Source: Henriciella sp. (lineage in GTDB: Bacteria; Pseudomonadota; Alphaproteobacteria; Caulobacterales; Hyphomonadaceae). Taken from it: a stretch of 64,000 nucleotides of DNA. A model generated the notes under the pieces. That model had not been told where the DNA came from. It searched no databases and saw only the letters and a program-made list of their open reading frames with translations. Shown one piece after another: positions 19,375 through 27,676 of this stretch. Location of the stretch: assembly GCA_021776655.1 (NCBI GenBank), contig JAJFFK010000037.1, forward strand, positions 64,815-128,814, read 5' to 3'. The stretch's first letter is position 1. Every line of letters starts with the position of its first letter. The translations under genes and the position numbers were made by a program.

Positions 19375-19389
19375 ATTGGTTTGACCGAT
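19375..19389. promoter_or_regulatory. Candidate GntR/FadR-type operator (ATTGGTTTGACCGAT)
   Basis: One mismatch to the palindrome, 77 nt upstream of the dipeptidase start at 19466. Confidence 0.45.
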
Positions 19390-19465
19390 ATGAGGGCTTC
19401 AGGCACTTTGTGAGTTGAGAGGCCCGAAAAAGGTCAATATTTCAGAATCAAGGATGGGTAGACAT

Positions 19466-20626
19466 ATGATGGGTAAAATCACAAGACGCGCTTTGATTGG
19501 CGGCGGTATTGTTGCGGGTGCAGGGGCCGCGTATGGCTATCACTGGCTGCGGAAACGCCCGGACGCTGCACCGCTTGGCTTCGAGCTGGATGAGGATGAG
19601 CGTGCCGAGGCTATCGCGCTTTTAGACAAGTATCCGGCGTTTGATACGCACGCCCATCCCGGGCGGACCTTTGCGCGAGGCGCGAGCGGGATCCCGCCGC
19701 TACTTAACATTTACAAGGCGCAGTCTGGATTTGAAGCTCGCACGATCAGCGACATGACCGAAGGCCATCTTGCGGGTGCCTGTTTTGCGGCCGTCGCCGA
19801 CATCAATGTCATGGGCCTGTCCAAGACGACTGGCCTTTATACCAGACGTCCATTTGAAGAGGGTGAAGCTTGGGCGAGTTATGAGCTTCAAATCGCCAAC
19901 CTCAAGAAGCTCGCGGCGCGGGATATGGTGATGGAGGTTCTTGTGCCAGATGAGATCATCACCGCGCGCGCGTCTGGATTGCCTGCAGCGCTTTGGTGCG
20001 TTGAGGGCGGGGATTTCCTTGGCGGATCAGTTGAGCGACTGCGCGAGAGTTATGCGGATGGCATTCGGTCGATCACGCTGGTTCACTATCGCACGAATGA
20101 GATTGGCGACACCATGACAGGTGAACCGCATCATAATGGGTTGACCGGCGAAGGCGAGGCGATTGTGACCGAGATGAACCGGCTTGGCATGGTGATTGAC
20201 CTAGCGCATATATCGGAAGCAGGGGCGTTTCGGGCTTTGGAGGTGAGCACGCGTCCAGTGATGTTTTCGCATACTCATCTTAGCGATGGAGACGCCTCTC
20301 ATCCGCGTTTTATCTCGCTTGAATTGGCCAAAGCGGCGACCGAAGCGGGCGGGATTATCGGGGCATGGCCAGCTGGGATCGGGATGACGGATTTGACGGG
20401 ATATGCCGATCGGATTTTCCAACTGGTCGATCTGCTCGGTATCGAACACGTATGTCTCGGTACCGATATGGACGGCAATTACAAACCGGTGTTTGACGAT
20501 TATCGACGCTTGCCTGATCTGGTCGGTCTTTTGATGCGTAAGGGTATGAGCGAGAGCGAACTTGCAGCGTTCCTTGGTGGTAACTTCACTCGCGTCTGGG
20601 CTGAAAGCGCAGCAGGACGGGCATAG
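19466..20626 (+). CDS. Membrane dipeptidase (peptidase family M19-like) with Tat-type signal
   Basis: MMGKITRRALIGGGIVAGAGAAYG leader. M19-like blocks FDTHAHP, ITLVHYRTNEIGD, VIDLAHISEAGAFRALEVSTRPVMFSHT, CLGTDMDG. Confidence 0.7.
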   Translation: MMGKITRRALIGGGIVAGAGAAYGYHWLRKRPDAAPLGFELDEDERAEAIALLDKYPAFDTHAHPGRTFARGASGIPPLLNIYKAQSGFEARTISDMTEGHLAGACFAAVADINVMGLSKTTGLYTRRPFEEGEAWASYELQIANLKKLAARDMVMEVLVPDEIITARASGLPAALWCVEGGDFLGGSVERLRESYADGIRSITLVHYRTNEIGDTMTGEPHHNGLTGEGEAIVTEMNRLGMVIDLAHISEAGAFRALEVSTRPVMFSHTHLSDGDASHPRFISLELAKAATEAGGIIGAWPAGIGMTDLTGYADRIFQLVDLLGIEHVCLGTDMDGNYKPVFDDYRRLPDLVGLLMRKGMSESELAAFLGGNFTRVWAESAAGRA

Positions 20627-20630
20627 GTTG

Positions 20631-22559
20631 ATGTGGCGAGCAGGCGCGATAGTTCCGACGGTGAGTGTGCTTTGTCTCATGTTGAGCGCTTGCGTAGGTG
20701 AAAGATCCACGCGTGCGCTGCCTGCTACCGCAGATCGCGATGCGGCTGTGTCAGAGGCGAAAATTGTCAGCAACCCTGACCGAAATGCCTATTTCGGCGA
20801 CTTGCATCTGCATACGAAATACTCTGTCGATGCCTATATGTTTGGTGCGCGGGTTTCACCGAGTGATGCTTATCGTTTTGCGCGCGGCGAGGCGCTGCTG
20901 CATCCTGGCGGGTATGAGATCAAACTGGCGGGACCGCAGCTAGATTTTCTCGCGGTGACCGATCATTCCGAATATCTCGGGATCATGCCAGCGATGAATG
21001 ATCCAGACAGTTATCTGTCGCAGCATCCGATTGCGCAGCGGATGTTCTCGACCATTGATCGGGCCGAGATATTCGCCGCTTATGGTGCGATCAGCCGCTC
21101 TCTGGTCAGCGGCGTGCCGATTGATGAGATCAATGATCAGGAGATTATCAGCGCGGTTTGGGCAGACACAATCGCAGCGGCGGACACCTTTTATCAACCT
21201 GGAATTCTAACCACGTTTGCGGGATTTGAATATTCGCTCGGCATGGATTTGGACGGCGATTTGATGACACCGGATATCGCGACGCTGCACCGCAATGTGA
21301 TTTTTCGAGGGGCCGCACCTGCGCGCGCCTATTCAGCTTTGGATTCCACTGACCCAGAAGACCTGTGGGACTGGATGGATGATCTACGGGGCGGCGGCAT
21401 TGAGTCACTTGCCATCCCGCACAATTCAAACATTTCCAGCGGATTGGCCTTTCAGGTGGAGCGCTTTTCGGGTGCCCCGGTTGATCCTGACTATATGCGT
21501 CAGAGAATGCGTAACGAGCCACTGGTTGAAATTACGCAAGTCAAAGGTACATCCGAAACGCATCCAATGTTGTCACCAAATGACGAATGGGCGGATTTCG
21601 AGCTGTATGAGGTCTTGATTCCGTCACAGGTGGTTGGCGAAATTGGCGGCAGCTATATTCGGGAGGCTTTGCGCAATGGCCTCGCGATGACCGAAGGGCA
21701 GGGCGTCAATCCGTTTCAATTCGGCTTTATCGGGAGTAGTGACAGCCATGTTGGGGGAGGCTCGTTTGACGAGAAGGGCTATTGGAGCAAGCTGGGGCGC
21801 AATGATGCCACGGCCCAACAACGTGGCTCGGTACCGCCGGGTAATGCGCAATCCTGGCAGGGCGTTGAACTTGATCCACGGGCACAAAAGTGGTTTTCGC
21901 GTTGGTCGGCCGCTGGTCTGACCGGGGTTTGGGCTGAGAGCAATACACGCGAGGCGATCTATGATGCGCTGCGCCGCAAGGAGACATTCGCAACGTCTGG
22001 TCCGCGTATGCGCGTTCGGTTTTTTGCCGGCTACGACTATGCTGAGAGCTTGCTGGATCGACCCGACATGGTTGCTGCAGCCTATGCAGGCGGTGTTTCG
22101 ATGGGAGGTGATTTGTTGAGCGGGACGGTCTCGCCGGGTTTTCTGATCTGGGCGACGAGTGACCCGCGTGGTGCGCCATTGCAGCGCTTGCAAATAATCA
22201 AAGGCTGGACGGTGGCAGGAGAGACATTTGAGGCGATTTACGATGTCGCCTGCTCAGATGGGCTAAAGCCAGATGCGACGTCACACAGGTGCCCGAATAA
22301 CCAGGCAGAGGTTGATCTGTCCGATTGCTCAACCTCTGCAGATGTTGGCGCGAGTGAGTTAAAAACACTCTGGCACGACCCTCATTATGATGCCGAGCAG
22401 CGGGCTTTCTATTACGTTCGCGTGCTTGAAAATCCAACTTGCCGATGGTCCACCTGGGATGCGGTCAAGGCCGGGACGCCGCCAAATCCTGACCTGCCAG
22501 CAACCCTGCAAGAGCGCGCCTGGTCATCGCCGATCTGGTTGATCCCTCAAGCGAAGTGA
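20631..22559 (+). CDS. DUF3604-like (PHP-type metal-dependent) protein, probable lipoprotein
   Basis: Leader ending LMLSAC (lipobox), then NAYFGDLHLHTKYSVDAY and DFLAVTDHSEY, characteristic of DUF3604. ATG 20631 lies 4 nt after the dipeptidase stop. Confidence 0.65.
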   Translation: MWRAGAIVPTVSVLCLMLSACVGERSTRALPATADRDAAVSEAKIVSNPDRNAYFGDLHLHTKYSVDAYMFGARVSPSDAYRFARGEALLHPGGYEIKLAGPQLDFLAVTDHSEYLGIMPAMNDPDSYLSQHPIAQRMFSTIDRAEIFAAYGAISRSLVSGVPIDEINDQEIISAVWADTIAAADTFYQPGILTTFAGFEYSLGMDLDGDLMTPDIATLHRNVIFRGAAPARAYSALDSTDPEDLWDWMDDLRGGGIESLAIPHNSNISSGLAFQVERFSGAPVDPDYMRQRMRNEPLVEITQVKGTSETHPMLSPNDEWADFELYEVLIPSQVVGEIGGSYIREALRNGLAMTEGQGVNPFQFGFIGSSDSHVGGGSFDEKGYWSKLGRNDATAQQRGSVPPGNAQSWQGVELDPRAQKWFSRWSAAGLTGVWAESNTREAIYDALRRKETFATSGPRMRVRFFAGYDYAESLLDRPDMVAAAYAGGVSMGGDLLSGTVSPGFLIWATSDPRGAPLQRLQIIKGWTVAGETFEAIYDVACSDGLKPDATSHRCPNNQAEVDLSDCSTSADVGASELKTLWHDPHYDAEQRAFYYVRVLENPTCRWSTWDAVKAGTPPNPDLPATLQERAWSSPIWLIPQAK

Positions 22560-22747
22560 GAACGCCAAAACTACAAGCCATTTGGGTTCAGACCTTAGAT
22601 GCTCGTTCAGGGTGACCGCAGCCGGAAAGGGATTGTTTACACGGACGGGACCTCTGATAGGGTCGCCTGCAGTGAGCGTTGCCCAACCCTCAAGTGCGGA
22701 TGCCGACTGGTATGACGTCAAAGACTTTAAAACCGAGCCCGGCAAAA

Positions 22748-23446
22748 ATGCCTGTCATCTATGCAATTGGCGATGTGCATGGCGAGGCCGAAAGGCTGCG
22801 CCATTTGCATGATCTAATCTTCGAACGCCATGCGTTGCTCTTTGAAGGTCATCCTTTCCAACTTGTCCATCTTGGCGATTATGTCGACCGGGGGAGCGAT
22901 AGTGCAGGGGTCGTCGACACCATGATCGCGCTTCAGGCCAGACCGGATATCGATTGCATATGTTTGCGCGGTAACCATGAAGAGATGATGCTCAACGGGG
23001 TGATGAATGTAACCCCTACGGCCTATGAAGCCTGGCTGGTGAATGGCGGCGAGCAAACCATGTCGAGCTATCAGGTGAAGGGTCAGATGGAGGTATCAAA
23101 GCGGCATGTGGATTGGCTTAATAAGCTGCCGAATATTTTCGTGGAGGAGAGCAGGAAGCTGATCTTCGTGCATGCCGGAATAGATCCCGAAGACTACCCA
23201 AATGACCGGGACGGAGTGTATTTATGGACCAGAACGCAGCATTTCTTCGATGTGTCGAGCTGGAAGAACCCCGCCTTGGCAGGTTGGACGGTCGTGCATG
23301 GTCATACGCCGACGGATGATTTCTATCCCGAAGATCAGGCGGCCGCCTCGCGCCGCATCAACATTGATACGGGCGCCGTGTTTGGGGGGCGACTTACCGC
23401 CGCAATCTTTGCTGTGAATGAGCCGGTTCGGTATATTTACGCCTGA
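22748..23446 (+). CDS. Metallophosphoesterase, PPP-family Ser/Thr protein phosphatase (PrpA/ApaH-like)
   Basis: Canonical PPP motifs GDVHG, GDYVDRG, LRGNHE and VHGHTP. ATG 22748 (MPVIYAIGDVHG). Confidence 0.85.
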   Translation: MPVIYAIGDVHGEAERLRHLHDLIFERHALLFEGHPFQLVHLGDYVDRGSDSAGVVDTMIALQARPDIDCICLRGNHEEMMLNGVMNVTPTAYEAWLVNGGEQTMSSYQVKGQMEVSKRHVDWLNKLPNIFVEESRKLIFVHAGIDPEDYPNDRDGVYLWTRTQHFFDVSSWKNPALAGWTVVHGHTPTDDFYPEDQAAASRRINIDTGAVFGGRLTAAIFAVNEPVRYIYA

Positions 23447-25837
23447 CTATTCAGGGCAATCGGCCGCCTGCCTATGTTCAAGGATTTCAGGTTTCCAGAC
23501 ATCGCGTTCAATCTCGGTCAGGCTCTCCTTGGTCTCCAATTGGTCAAGTACGCTCAGCGCTTCCCGCCAGGTTGAGCAGGCGGTCTCCGTCATATCTATC
23601 GTTTGATATACGACCCCAGCTGTCTTCAGTGCCCCGGCCAAATCGCGGCGATGGCCCAATGTGTCCTGGAAGTCTGTAATCACAGCCCGGCGTATATCAA
23701 GCGCACCTGTGATCGTACTCTGCGCCTGCGATGGCTCACCAAAGCTAGCCTGCACGCGCGCCAACATTTCCAATTGTGTGGCGACATAGCCGCGACCAGA
23801 GGCATCCATCGGGTCGCCATCGCGCAATGTCTCAGCTAACTCAACAGCGCCTCTGGCCGCTAGAAGAGCGTCTTCGCCTCTTTCCAATTTGAGGTAAGAC
23901 ATGACCAATGGCCCGAGCGCCGTCATCTTTTGCAGGTTGTAATAATAGCTGCTTCGGTCTTCCTCGAGAATGGTATCGTAAGCCGACACTGCATAGACAA
24001 GCGGGGGAATGGCCTCTTCCCAGCGTTGGCGGTCCGCCAGAGCTTCACCCTCTAGCCGGGCAAAATAACCAAGACGGGAATTGCGCCGGCGGGGCTCTTC
24101 TTCGAAGTTGCTTGCCGCAAGCTCTTCTCGGTACCGCCGCGCTTCAGAAATGGCGGTGTCGTAGTCATTCTCGTACATCAGGATTTTGACCCGGTCTGTA
24201 CGTGAATTCCATAGCCGGAAGTATAGCCGCGTCTCTTGCGAGCCGGGAAAGGTCAGGCCTCGCTCAGCCAGCGCGAGGCCCTCCGCATTGGTTTTCTGTG
24301 CAGCTGCCATATCGAGCTGGTATGTCATTTCCTGGTTGGATTTCAGCCGTTTGACCCAGACCATTTCGTCAATTGCATTGACATCGTCTGGTGACTGTTC
24401 AAGCAATCGAGATAGCGCCTGTTCGGCCCTCAGCAAGAGCACGTACGAAGTTTCCGTATCGCCGAGATTGGCGACGCCCAAGCCACCATAGAGGTCCGAT
24501 AAGCGGGTGTTTTGGATCGCAACATCGAGAAGAACATTGTCGGGCGCATTCGGGTCTGAGGCGAGACCGTCAATGTACGTCTTCACAATCCCGGCCAGAT
24601 TTTCTCGCACTTCCAGGGTTCCGGGAATATGCTCTATCGCGTCATAGACATCGGTTATCATTGCCTTGCTCAGCCCGCGCGCTTGTTCGAACCGTTCATT
24701 GGCATGAAACAGGGCAGCTTCAGCTCGATTGTACTGATACTGCGTAATCACAAGCGCGATGGTGAGGCCGAGCACAGAGACAGCGCCCAGCGTCATCAAT
24801 AATCGGTTGCGTTGGAAGAATTTTGAAAACCGATACCCGGCCCCGCCATTTCGCGCGTCTACTGGTTTCTTGGTGCGGTAATTTTTCAAATCATCAATCA
24901 GGGCATCTACAGAGGCATAGCGGCTCGCAATATCATGTGCTGACGCTTTTGCGATGATCGCCGCGATGTCAGCACTTGCCGGGAGATCTTGGACTAGATC
25001 TTCGAGGAGTTTTCCAAGCGAATAGAGGTCGGAAAGTGTGTTGGCGAGTGCCCCTTTGGCACGTTCTGGAGCCGCATATCCTGGTGTGAAACTGAGCGAT
25101 GCCAAAGACTTGCCAGGGGCGTCTTGTGTGTCATCTTGCAGGTCTACATTTGATTGCGGCTTGGCAATACCAAAATCGATCAATTTGATCTGACCTGCCT
25201 TGGTGACGAGGATATTGGAAGGGGTGATGTCGCGATGTACAATCAGATTTTGATGCGCATATTGTACGGCGGCGCAGACATCCTGAAACAGCCATAACCG
25301 ATCGTCCAGGCCGAGATTAGCCGTGTCACACCATTGCGTAATGGGGTCACCATCAACAAATTCCATAGCGATATATGGCGAACGGTCTTCGAGGGCGCCG
25401 CCATCGAAAAGGCTCGCAATGTTGGGATGCGAGAGTTTGGCCAATATCTGGCGCTCCATCTCAAAGCGCGCAATCAAGCTGTCACTGAGGACGCCGGGCC
25501 GGATGATCTTGATTGCGACGGTCTGCTCAAAATCGCCAGTATCGCGTTCACCTTTATAAACAGCGCCCATTCCGCCACGAGCAATCAATTCAGTGATCCT
25601 GTATGGCCCGGCGTGATCAGGTGCAGGTGTCTGTCCAACATCGCGACTTGCCCCGCCTGTACGCAGGGTCGCGCCTGCCGAACTATCCATTTCCAGCAAG
25701 GATATGACCCGCTGGATAAGCGCCTCATCCTGTCCGGCTTGAGCGCGGATCCACGCAACCCGCTCCGGGCTTGGTTGCTCAAGAGCTGTTTCAAGAAGCG
25801 CCAAAGCCTGTTGTTCAAGTGATCCCGTCGCCGACAT
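23447..25837 (-). CDS. Transmembrane Ser/Thr protein kinase with C-terminal TPR-like extracytoplasmic domain (ECF-sigma-partnered type)
   Basis: Hanks motifs GGMGAVY, VAIKII, HRDITPSNILV, DFGIAK, GYAAPE. One TM helix (LLMTLGAVSVLGLTIALVITQY). About 420-aa helical-repeat C-terminus. The start overlaps the sigma gene end by 23 nt. Confidence 0.9.
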   Translation of the reverse strand: MSATGSLEQQALALLETALEQPSPERVAWIRAQAGQDEALIQRVISLLEMDSSAGATLRTGGASRDVGQTPAPDHAGPYRITELIARGGMGAVYKGERDTGDFEQTVAIKIIRPGVLSDSLIARFEMERQILAKLSHPNIASLFDGGALEDRSPYIAMEFVDGDPITQWCDTANLGLDDRLWLFQDVCAAVQYAHQNLIVHRDITPSNILVTKAGQIKLIDFGIAKPQSNVDLQDDTQDAPGKSLASLSFTPGYAAPERAKGALANTLSDLYSLGKLLEDLVQDLPASADIAAIIAKASAHDIASRYASVDALIDDLKNYRTKKPVDARNGGAGYRFSKFFQRNRLLMTLGAVSVLGLTIALVITQYQYNRAEAALFHANERFEQARGLSKAMITDVYDAIEHIPGTLEVRENLAGIVKTYIDGLASDPNAPDNVLLDVAIQNTRLSDLYGGLGVANLGDTETSYVLLLRAEQALSRLLEQSPDDVNAIDEMVWVKRLKSNQEMTYQLDMAAAQKTNAEGLALAERGLTFPGSQETRLYFRLWNSRTDRVKILMYENDYDTAISEARRYREELAASNFEEEPRRRNSRLGYFARLEGEALADRQRWEEAIPPLVYAVSAYDTILEEDRSSYYYNLQKMTALGPLVMSYLKLERGEDALLAARGAVELAETLRDGDPMDASGRGYVATQLEMLARVQASFGEPSQAQSTITGALDIRRAVITDFQDTLGHRRDLAGALKTAGVVYQTIDMTETACSTWREALSVLDQLETKESLTEIERDVWKPEILEHRQAADCPE

Positions 25838-26396
25838 TCTGCCCCTCCATCATCGCGTCGAGCAACCAAGCCCGCGCCACTCGCCATTGTCGTTTGACCG
25901 TTGATTGTGATGCGCCAACAACTTCGGCAATCTCCTGCAGACTCATGCCGCCAAAATAGCGCAGCTCAACAATGTCGGCCTTTTCGGCATCGAGTACGGA
26001 CAGGCGAATGAGGGATTTTTCGAGGACATCCATATCCAACCGTTGGGCCGCACCTTCAATCCGCGTCACCAAAGTGACCTTGTGGTGGGCCCGCTTGTCT
26101 GATTTCTTCTTGCGGGCATGATCGATCAAGACTCGGCGCATCGCTCTTGCCGACAGCGCGAGGAAGTGGCTTTTATCCGCCCATTCAATTTGATCGAGCT
26201 TGATCAGGCGCAGGGCAGCTTCGTTGACAAGGTCGCCGGTCGAAAGAGAATTATTGCTCTCTGCACGCAGTAAAGCGGCGGAGACTTGTCGCAATTCAGA
26301 GTACAGCAGTTTGAACAATGCGTCGCGTGCATCGGTATCACCTGCGCGCCACGCCTGTAAAAGCTGTTTTGAATTGACCAGATTGGAATTGTTCAT
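25815..26396 (-). CDS. ECF-type RNA polymerase sigma factor (Sigma70_ECF / TIGR02999-like class)
   Basis: LLQAWRAGDTDARDALFKLLYSELRQVSAALL.. (region 2) and ..DIVELRYFGGMSLQEIAEVVGASQSTVKRQWRVARAWL (region 4 HTH). No anti-sigma gene is adjacent; the kinase gene directly follows. ATG 26396 (MNNSNL) preferred. Confidence 0.85.
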   Translation of the reverse strand: MNNSNLVNSKQLLQAWRAGDTDARDALFKLLYSELRQVSAALLRAESNNSLSTGDLVNEAALRLIKLDQIEWADKSHFLALSARAMRRVLIDHARKKKSDKRAHHKVTLVTRIEGAAQRLDMDVLEKSLIRLSVLDAEKADIVELRYFGGMSLQEIAEVVGASQSTVKRQWRVARAWLLDAMMEGQNVGDGIT

Positions 26397-26415
26397 ACGC
26401 CGTCCCTGCTGGCGA

Positions 26416-26514
26416 AGACTAGGCGCAAAGATAGTCAAAACACAAGCGGCAGCAGATTTATCACAAAACTGAGCATCGATGTGACCCGTTTTCGGGATGT
26501 GCTGCGCCTAGTCT
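26416..26514. promoter_or_regulatory. 12-bp inverted repeat pair AGACTAGGCGCA / TGCGCCTAGTCT in the divergent promoter region
   Basis: Arms at 26416-26427 and 26503-26514, in the 202-nt region between the ECF sigma gene and the zinc-ribbon operon. Function unknown. Confidence 0.3.
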
Positions 26515-26598
26515 GATGAGGGCAGTTTTTCGAAATGCGCTCACAACGAATGCCGTCTGGCCAGTTTCGCAGGCCATATCAGTTGAAAGGTAATCCCG

Positions 26599-27042
26599 AT
26601 GAGAAAAGCCCTTACACTGTTCCCGCTGCTAATATTGCCTGTTTTGATCTACAATTTGATGGCGATATTTGCAGGTGCGGGGTTCGACCCGGCCATCCCG
26701 CCAATCGTCGCTAGCCTGGACTCTGCGCTCATTCGTATGCCTATGCTGTCGGGCGTTCAGTGGCATCTCAGTGTCGGCGATAGCCTATTGTTGCTAGGTT
26801 TAGTCATGCTGTTCATGGAGATTGTCAAAGCGACGAGCACCCGCTCAACCGCGATTATGAACCATGCGGCGTCCATGTTCGTCCTGCTCTTTTGCCTGAT
26901 TGAATTCCTGCTGATGAAGAATTTTGCCACGTCCGCTTTCTTCCTTTTGTCAATGATGTGCTTCCTCGACGTCCTTGCCGGCGTGATGGTGACGATTGTG
27001 TCGGCCCGCCGCGACTTTGGTGTCGGAAACGGTCTTCTTTGA
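26599..27042 (+). CDS. Small polytopic membrane protein (4 predicted TM helices), unknown function
   Basis: 147 aa, strongly hydrophobic segments, RBS-like GAAAGG upstream. I recognise no family. Confidence 0.6.
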   Translation: MRKALTLFPLLILPVLIYNLMAIFAGAGFDPAIPPIVASLDSALIRMPMLSGVQWHLSVGDSLLLLGLVMLFMEIVKATSTRSTAIMNHAASMFVLLFCLIEFLLMKNFATSAFFLLSMMCFLDVLAGVMVTIVSARRDFGVGNGLL

Positions 27043-27121
27043 TCAGATTGCAATCTGTTTGACCCGTTCGCCGGAAATCCTGCGCCTACTTCAATAGACC
27101 CACTCAACCGAGGACTTTGCA

Positions 27122-27673
27122 ATGTCAGATGCCCTAAACCAGATACCCCCGGAAGCTTGGCCGCTGATTGACCTGTTATTCAACCTGACAATGGCTTCAA
27201 TCGGGATATGGCTCGCAATCACTGTTTTTGTCTGGTGGCGGCGCAGCGCCTCAAACCTGACCCCTGTGAATGCGGCCAGCAAAAATCGCAAAGCAGAACC
27301 CGACTTTCTCAGCGTCGATCACAAGGCCCGCGCCGAAGCGTTGGAGCGCGGGGAAACCTTTGACAAGGAGATCGCCCGGCGGGAGCGGGAAGCTGAAAAG
27401 ACCAAAGCCCGAGAAGGCCGCTCACCCGCAAGCGTAGGCCAACGCATGGCGCGGTTCCTGAGCTTCTTCATGTCCCTGTTCACGCTCGCCACCATGATTT
27501 TCGGTGCGATTTTTCAGGTCACTCGCATGGGCACGATGATGAAGGAGTACTCAACCCTAGAACGCATCGGCGCGGTGATTATGAACCACCCAATTTCTTT
27601 CAGCGTCGCAGCTCTAGTGATTGGCTTCCAAGTTTATCGATTTTTTATTGACCACAAATGGCAGGAGGGCTGA
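27122..27673 (+). CDS. Membrane protein with central charged helix (1 + 2 TM helices), unknown function
   Basis: 183 aa. TM (ASIGIWLAITVFVWW), a Lys/Arg/Glu-rich segment (EIARREREAEKTKAREGR), then two TM helices. RBS GAGGA. The stop lies 3 nt before the next gene. Confidence 0.6.
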   Translation: MSDALNQIPPEAWPLIDLLFNLTMASIGIWLAITVFVWWRRSASNLTPVNAASKNRKAEPDFLSVDHKARAEALERGETFDKEIARREREAEKTKAREGRSPASVGQRMARFLSFFMSLFTLATMIFGAIFQVTRMGTMMKEYSTLERIGAVIMNHPISFSVAALVIGFQVYRFFIDHKWQEG

Positions 27674-27676
27674 TCC

